Of a DNA stretch of 64,000 nucleotides, positions 54,913 through 64,000 are shown one piece after another. Under the pieces are notes generated by a model. It made no database searches and had not been told where the DNA came from. It worked only from the letters and a program-made list of their open reading frames with translations. Made by a program: the position numbers and the translations under genes. Every line of letters starts with the position of its first letter. The stretch's first letter is position 1. Origin of the DNA: Octopus vulgaris (taxonomy: Eukaryota); contig OX597816.1 of the NCBI GenBank assembly GCA_951406725.2, positions 50,220,001-50,284,000 of the forward strand. Reading direction: 5' to 3'.

Positions 54913-56380
54913 GATATATATAGATATATATATGCGTATATATATATATATTTATATTCATATATATATATATATTCGTATAAATATATATATTCATGTA
55001 TATATATATGCATATTTAAATACATACTTGTATATATATACACATACATATACACGCACAAACATACATATGTATATAGTCTGATAAATATGGGGATGCG
55101 TCTGTAAGTGAAAAATTGAGAGTGTGTGTGTGTGAAAGAGAGTGAGAGAGAGAGTGACAGAAAGAGTGCACGAGAGAGCGTGGTGGAAACCAGAGAAAAT
55201 TATAGAGATTTTTTTTTTAATTCAAGATATTCCAAACACTTTTGATACATGACTCTCCAAACGAGTACACACATACACACACACACGCACACACACCGAC
55301 ATAGATATACATGTATATCACACATACACACTCATATGTATTTGCATGTATGTGTGTGCATGTATGTATATAAATATATGTATAGATGTGCATGTATGTG
55401 TGTGCATATAAGCATTTAAGTGTGTCTATATATATGATTGTACGGATAAATGTATGTATTTTTGTTAACCAATCTTGAAATTACAATAGAATAGAAATTG
55501 CAATAAATTTTTCTTTTCTTTGTTTTTGCCTGTTTCAAATTAGAAGCAAATCGTTGAGCGAACATCATGCGGAGCTGATGTTGAAAAAGTAGTACATTTT
55601 TAACGCTTCTAGCCGATGTAATCTTAATATGCAATCACATTCCTAACGGCAATTAGCGATTGCTATAGACAGATATCAAAACATATTATCTCACTCATAC
55701 TTTTCGTTTCATCTTTTATAGTTTAATTTGATTATTCCTGCAGAGTCTCCTCTCCAATACCTCCTCTGTCTAATAAAAGATAAATCGTTGAAAGTAATAA
55801 AAAAAAAAAAAAATTAATAATAAAAACAGCCCTGATACTGTTATTCGCCTATGAAGCTGGATTTTTAATATTTTTTTCTTCCATTGTTTTTGGTGGGTAG
55901 GGGCCTGTCTTCTTATTTATTAATCGACATATAATGAGTACTGTTATGCAGTACTCAGTTTCAGGAAGGAAACAATTGTTACAAAATTATGATTTTTCAA
56001 TACAATAATAATTTTAAAAATTCTATCTTACATTTGCTTCAGTGAATGTTTCACAGGAGTGGTGCAGATTACTGTGAATATGTAATATAATTGTCTGCAT
56101 TAAGAAATAGATTATTTATAGTCTAAATAAAATTTAAATAAAAAAGTATACCCGTGTGTTTTTTTATCCTGCATGTTATATCATATTGTGAAACATATTA
56201 ATATATTTGCTTGGTGTTCGGTATGTATGTGTGTATACGTTCATACATACATACTTACATGCATATGTGTGTGTGTTTGTATGTGTGCATGTGTGTGTGT
56301 GCGTACACTTGTACATATAAATTTACATGTATGTATTAATATATAATTTATGAAGATATACATACATATGTATATCTGCA

Positions 56381-56427
<47 letters not shown>

Positions 56428-56461
56428 ATATGCATTTAGTTATCTATCTATATATCTATCC

Positions 56462-56520
<59 letters not shown>

Positions 56521-58298
56521 CATAATTTTGGGTTACAAAAGTAATTGTGTTCATTACACATAGCTATTAGATGTAAGCACAGTCAGATATACTTTTGTTA
56601 TCAGTAGGTTAAGCGAGGTTAATTGTGAGCACGAACGACTCGTTCAACGTCTGGCATGGATTTTTAAAGATATCCTGACATCAAATCTGTATATATATAA
56701 ATCCTCTTTAATTCATCGTTTTCTTTCGAAATCCGCTCTTACATTATGCATGCATTTCAGGGCGTATGAAATACAAACAATTAATAATAAACCACGAATA
56801 TCTGAAAGAACATTTTGGGCAATTCAAATATTAAGTGTAGTATTTATATTTGCTCACAATGTTAAATGACATAATCCAGTGTTGCATTTAACTAGGGAAA
56901 CCCTTTCTATATGAAACATGCTAAAACTGCAAACCATCAACTGGATAGCATGATACATGTCTGTTCATGAATAACTAATGTACGCATTTAATCGATTCTC
57001 GTCGTGTTTTCCACGCAAATATCTATGTATATGCCTCTTTAAATATGTATGTATGCATATATGCATGCATGTTCGTAAAAAATATATGCGTAGTTACCCG
57101 CGTAAACTTCCGTAGATAGTATGAATTAACACTGTCTGTCATTTCAGATTTGTTCCACTTGTAAATTTATAACACATCTTTCTGTTCCTCTTTAAAATAT
57201 AATCATGACGTACATGTTAATGTGTTACGTTAAGAGATCTAACGATGTGTTTTCCTTATAATAAATTAATGAATTGTTGCAGAGAGATTTTCCAGATGAA
57301 TCTGCATGGGAATTCTATCGGGCAGAGATTGCTTAATTGGCTTTCGAGGTCTGGACATTTAACTGAAATGCACGCAACATAAAGAAAATTAATGGAGAAG
57401 ATTTAATTGTTCATTTATGAGTTTACCGTCTTTCCTTTCTGGAATAGACAGTATAAGAAAGAATAGCCTTCACAAATTATTCACGCTGAAATACAAGATG
57501 AATTGTTCAGTATAATCTTCCACAAGATAGAAGCAACTAGTATAGGGAGTATATGGGATCATTAGCTCCGATCGCTTATCCCAAATTTTATACGATGCCT
57601 CGGTGGAGAAAATTGGTCAACATACTAACAAAACCCAAAGGACAAATATACCTACATCGGAATGCGATACATACGTTTTATCTTCAAGGTACACAGATTT
57701 GAGTATTAATTGAAGTCTTGTGTTAGTTTAGGCGTTGAAACGTAATAAAAATATATTCAGATGGATGAGAAATGCACGTTCTGATAATAAATCTCGTCAT
57801 TAGAGTTCAGGTCAAATTAATGTTTAATTATCTATTTTGAGTTCCATTCATGAGCAGATGCTGGTGATTAATTGTCCGCTCAGAAGTAGTTTCTCAAATC
57901 ACATAACACATCAGGAGTACCTCATTTCTGCATTCTTTGTTTAATAAGATAATGAATGAATGTAGAGAAATAAAATTAATTTTACGTCGAGAAATGTTTA
58001 CAAAATCTTGAACACCGCAGGACTTTCACGGATTCACATTGATATACATGTGCATATGAACAGACACACAGAAACACACACACACATACACACGCACACA
58101 CACATGCACACACACACACAGACTACACACGAATCCATACACACATAAGGGTAAATACATACACATAAGAATATGGTTATCTAGAAACATTTAATCCCTC
58201 TTCCTATATATATAAATATGTGTATCTATCTATCTATCTATATATGTATGTATGTATATATGTATGTATATCTATATCTATATCTATATCTATATCTA

Positions 58299-58360
<62 letters not shown>

Positions 58361-58363
<3 letters not shown>

Positions 58364-59122
58364 CAAATCTACGGAAAAACAAAAGAAGGACGAAGATAGG
58401 TGTAAGAACAACAAGTAGGTGTGTAATAGCTTTGACGCACGGGAAAAGTGGAAAGTTTTGTTCCGAGCCTACGTTTTTCCACACAAAGGAATAAGTAGGA
58501 AGAAATGGAGAAAGATTGAAAAAAAAGAGGCGAGAAAGTAGTATAGAGTTCAGTGGCCGAACATGGCGTATGACTGGCAAAAATGAGATTGAATGAAAGG
58601 GAGATAATAATGGGGATCCCAACGAACTAAGATGGATGAGCGTGTGTGTGTGTGACAACGGATTGTGTGAGTGTATATGTGTGAATGGCTGAATGGAGCG
58701 AGTGAGTCTGATATGTGTATGTGTGTGTGTATGTGTGTAACATGTGTGTATATGTGTGTAACATGTATGTGAAAGTGTGTGTGTATTGTGTGTAGCAGTC
58801 GATGAGTGCTTTTCAAGTGGTGTGTGCACATATTTATGCGTGTCTATGTGAACAAATAGTGTGCATGTGTATAGTGTATACGTGTGGGCTAAAGTTATAT
58901 TTGTCTACACATGATGCATGTGTTTATGCTTGTTGCGTGTGTGTGTATATATTGTCTCTGTTCCAATATCGTGTGCGTGCGTAGGTATGGGAGTACAAAT
59001 CATTTGTGTTCAGGTATTACGTGCTTGTGTGTGTTTGGAAACGTGCAAGATGGTGTGTAGTGTGTGTTCTGTGACAAACAGAGCGTCTGTGTCCTTCTTA
59101 TTGACTCCAATTTCTTAGAGAA
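58361..59122 (-). mobile_element. Penelope-like 3' end relic between (TA)n tracts
   Basis: Terminal region resembles 20560-20745 (gagcctacg hairpin); GT-rich body; possible EN tail [12 protein letters not shown]. Confidence 0.5.
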
Positions 59123-59173
<51 letters not shown>

Positions 59174-59196
59174 AACATACATACATATATATATAC

Positions 59197-59269
<73 letters not shown>

Positions 59270-59484
59270 TATTTACATATATATAATTAAATGCAGAAAC
59301 GGACAGAAACAAGGAAAATGCCACTTGTATTTGAACACTATGCAAATATTCTTTAAAAAATATTTCTTTTAATTAATCCAAAATTTAATCTTATTTCTAT
59401 ATTTACAGATGAAAAAAGTCTCAATGACTGACACCGGTACTGAAATATTTTTTCTAAAATTATTTTAACATCTTCTACCTTGAC

Positions 59485-59539
<55 letters not shown>

Positions 59540-61176
59540 TATGTATATATCCACACATATGTATGGATATATGTGTCTATTTATACACACACACACACAC
59601 ATGTATATATACATATATGGATATACATGTATGTGTTATGGGTATTCTTTTAATGAGTCTTTTTCATGTATATTCTTAGCTTAATGTTTGAATGTAAAAA
59701 CACTCTGCCTACATTCAAACGGCTGCTCCTGCTAAATATTAGTAAATATGTATATATATATATATATGTATGTCATTCGGTACCTACGTCTCAGCTTTTG
59801 AGCAATGCGTAATAGGACATAGATCCATTATATAAATCTTCCTTAGTTATGACATTCCAAAATATTAGCAACATTTACGTAATGCATTTCTATTACATAT
59901 TCTTCTAACAAACATTTGGAGTAGGTAGTTATATTTTAGTCGAGTCAAACATTCTGGTACTCTGCACTGCTTCTAAGAGTGACGCAAAATACATATATGC
60001 ATAAATACAATGCGTACATTGATACATACATGCATACATTTATATATATATACATATACATATATATAAATACATTTATTACACCCAGTAGTGTAATTTC
60101 CACGCAATAACCAAAACTTCTGTATTAATTGGGTATTGTACCAGCAGTATATTGGATAGATACTATGCATTGGTTGGATTCACAACCTCTAACACTCTTT
60201 GAATTATATATGCTTATATATATCATATAAATATATACATGGAATCCTGACAATCACTTAATACAGTGAAGTGTAAAGTGATTTTTGAAAAAGAATGTCA
60301 TCAATTCTCTCATGAGGTTGTTACTAAACTGTTTCAGGAAGAAAAAGTTTCTAGTGTGTGAGCGCTTTCAATTAACCTTTCAATATGTGTATGCATGTCT
60401 GTGTGTGTGAGTGACTGTGTATGTTCATATATTATATGTATAATATATAACATCATACGCGTAGATTTATAATAGAAAACTACAACAATAGGAACACTGG
60501 GCATGTAGGTCGCTACATGCAACACTCTACAACCTATATTAAACCATATAAACAAAATTTATTAATGGACGCGTTCAGCTCTTGGCTTGCCTTGTTTTTG
60601 AAAGAGAAATTGATTTTATATTACGAGAATCCAGACATATAAATGTTGAATAGTGATTTATTCGCGTTACATAAAATGATGTCCTACTATAATTACATTG
60701 AAGCGCAATAGCTCCGATTTTCTATTATGCTTACTGACTTCAAAAAAAGATTCCCCGACACAAAGGAATACTTAGACATAAATATATACAATTCATATTT
60801 ACAAGAATAATTTGATAGATTATTTATCTGTGTTATCCGCTAGAGAAATAAATTAATCCCCAGGAGACTGGCTTTTCGTAATAAGTGAAATCTGTCAGTA
60901 AGAGCCATGTTTAGGTTCCTTTTCAATTTGGCGATCTACGTATAATAGTGTTGCGTAATACTTTTTAGTGAATGTTCAAGAGGTCGTTAGGCAAACTTAT
61001 AGCAATTTATGTACATAAATATGCATCTTATATATGAAATGTAAGTATGTATATTAGTATATATGCATGCATGTATATATGTTTGTATGTAAGTATGTAT
61101 GTGGGGATGCATGCATGTATATTTGTATCTATGTATATAGGTATATAATATCTATGTATACAACTGTCTGTGTGTG

Positions 61177-61216
<40 letters not shown>

Positions 61217-63433
61217 TTCACAATTCAGTCAATATAATATTTTCTAATAATAAATGTAATGTATATATATTTTTTTAATATTCTGCAGTAATTCGAGGAA
61301 AAATAATGTTATCGTATTATGCTATAATGTAACCGGAGCCACTCTGATACCAACATTATATACAACTTTTTGTATATCCTCCATAAGTAATGTTGAAACG
61401 GATGTTTACAGATATAATGGTAAAAATAGAATATAGACTACATAACTGTAAGTTGATGTGAATAATATGCCTACTCGTATACAAAATTAATTCCGATAAA
61501 CGGAGGAAAATTTTTTTTTCCGTAAGTGCAATAGAATTAATATAAAACAGGATTTCAACTTCCAGCTTTTGCTTTATTCTGAACAATAAATAATAAATTC
61601 GATATTCGGAAATCTTTTACTGGTTAAAAAATTATTGAAAAGAAAGTCGCCAGGAACTCCGGGAATAAAATTCTAATCAATCTACCACCAAGAATGATTT
61701 AATGATATGTGAGTAAAGGAATAATAAAGTGTTGAGCACTTTTATTGTGACGTTTATTTACATCTTTACTGGATTTGTTGTTTCTTAAAGATGTCCATTT
61801 ATCGATAGCATGCTTTTATAGAATGAATAATTAAAACAGTATGAATTAAAGTATTTCATCTTGTGCATAAACATATCCTTAATATATTCCGTATATTTTG
61901 GTTATTCTCAATTTTTAACAGAATTACGCTTTATTGAATTAGACTTTCGAATGATAGGAAGGGAAGTCAAATTCACGAAAACCAAGGCAGAATTTGTGAC
62001 GTTTCTTTAAAACCTAAATGTATGTGCCGAGCGTTTTTATTTATACGTGATACCATTCAATTAGTGAATCATGTGCAATCGATTACACTCCAACATAAAT
62101 TGAAGATCGCATTCACATATAGGCGAAAATATATTAATCCTTTACAATTAAAAAGAACAAGACTCATTCGACATACATTCATAATATGAATTTAAATTGA
62201 GTCGATGAAATATTTTATCGTATTTATATATTCATATCGCAGAGGGTTCTAAATTACAACATTTAACTTAATTTTCATCAATTGGAAAATAACAATATAT
62301 AATTATTTCAGTAATTATAACACTTTCAATGGAGATACATAGAATTAGGGAATGTTATATTCGAATCTAAGTGGGAATTCTTTTAATTTTCATAATAAAG
62401 AAAAATCAGTGACCATATGAATGTATGATATGGAAATCGACGAACAGAATTTTACATTAATACTTGATTTAGATGTAGAATATTTTCACCATAAACAATA
62501 AGGGTGTACAGCTCGTAATCATATTTCAATTCGTTGGTTATATTTGATACAATTATAAGATACCATCAACGCTATGTAATTGGTTCCGCAGTAATATGGA
62601 CTTTTGAGGAAATCATAAGCAAAACTCTTTCGTGGTTTCTTTTGTAGAACCATCTGATGTAGAGAAATAATGTCTGTATTCTTTTGTACTCTTGGTAATT
62701 TCGGCAGATGTTTCTCTGCCGACACTAGTTAAAATAATGCGAATTATTTACTATGAAAGGTCTTGTCAACTGATGTTGAAATATGTCTTACCAAAGTAGG
62801 ACATTTTTGAATATCAACGGCGTGCCGATCATAAATCATTATGAAGAGAAGGTTCTTTGGCTTTTTATATATATCTCTTAAGCTTATTCCACATTACGTC
62901 CTTTATATGCTACAGAAGCACAGCAGAATATACGATGAAGTATTCATAAAATCATGCACACACAACAAAACATACACGCACGGAAATAAAACTCATTTGA
63001 CACATGGAAGTATTTTATGTCGAAAGGATGAAAATGTTGGAAATAGTTATCTGAATAATCTCGGCTTTCGCTAACATATAAGGTGATAGTCAACTAATTA
63101 ATCTCATTCATTGCTTTATATCTGTTTTCGAAATACTCTGAGTTCTGTGTATCAAGCTAATATCGTCAATTTTGTTAGTTATAAAACTTTATATTCATTT
63201 TTCAAGAATAGCAGAAATTATTGGTCACGTAATGCAATAGATGTTCTTCCTGTGTTAGAATATGCCACAACATCTGACAAAAAGAATAATCGAGGAGGTA
63301 AGAATTGTATGAGTATTGAGAAATAGGATATCTTTGTAACTGACGCACAACTAAGTCAACGAATATTTTCTCTAACTTTAATTCAAAGAGTATACATTGT
63401 CAAGGACTTTGTAACCAAAATATACATACAGCA

Positions 63434-63857
63434 GGCGCAGCTATGGCTGTGTGGTAACAAGCTTGCTTCTCGACCACACAATTTGGGATTCAGTCCGATT
63501 ACATGGTGCTTTAGGCAGGTATCTTCTACTATAGCCTCGCGTCGACCAAAGACTTGTGAGTAGATTTGGTAGACGGAAACTGAAAGATGCTCGTCGTACA
63601 TATGTATATATATATATACATATATAGCTATGTGTGTGTGTACGTTTCTTTGTGTCTCTGTTTGTCCCTCCACCACAGCTTGACAACCGGTGCTACTCTA
63701 TTTACGTCTCTGTAACTTAATGGTTTGGTAAAAGAGACCGATGAAATAAGTACCAGTCTTTAAAAAAAATGCCCATAGTTCGATACGTTCGACTAAAAAT
63801 ACTTCATGTCGATGCCCCAGCATGGCTTCAGTCTAATGACTGATACAAAAGTAAGAA
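63434..63857 (+). mobile_element. Full-length 36269-type SINE
   Basis: Colinear with 36269-36678. Confidence 0.92.
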
Positions 63858-63899
63858 ATCATAGATAAGTCTGTTTAAAGTGACAGCGTTATTGGAGTT

Positions 63900-64000
63900 C
63901 ATTCCTATTTCTTCACTGCCCACAAGGGGCTACACACAGAGAAGACAAACAAGGACCGACAAACGGAGTAAGTCGATTATATCGACCCCAGTGTGTAATT
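63900..64000 (-). mobile_element. 11812-type SINE tail (runs off the window)
   Basis: cctatttct..actgcccacaaggggcta...aagtcgattatatcgaccccagtg is the reverse complement of 11948-12045. Confidence 0.88.

Noticed and set aside
57283-57336. Possible terminal exon ttgttgcag|RDFPDESAWEFYRAEIA*
   Set aside because: Only 17 codons, weak polypyrimidine tract, no partner exons or recognisable homology

Overview
AT-rich eukaryotic non-genic DNA saturated with (TA)n, (CA)n, (TAGA)n and (TAA)n microsatellites. The tRNA-derived SINEs and repeat landscape suggest an octopod cephalopod (inference). No host protein-coding gene can be supported, and nearly all ORF-track entries are microsatellite translations. 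Recognisable content is transposon-derived: a near full-length decayed Penelope-like element (RT + Cys linker + GIY-YIG, with direct and inverted pLTRs, 29.2-33.8 kb), about a dozen Penelope relics and short non-autonomous pLTR elements, two R4/Dong-type LINE 3' fragments at (TAA)n, an RTE 3' end, a Helitron Rep/helicase fragment, Tc1 and mariner relics, a MULE-like foldback element and many SINEs. The most notable hidden structure is a dense set of hammerhead-ribozyme motifs (canonical and core-variant) in the pLTR-type repeats. One composite has a Dong/R4 LINE fragment enclosed by inverted hammerhead-like arms, a Penelope-style 3' tail and a single 13-bp target-site duplication, suggesting mobilisation of one retroelement class by another. 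All alignments and folds were done by eye, so boundaries are approximate.
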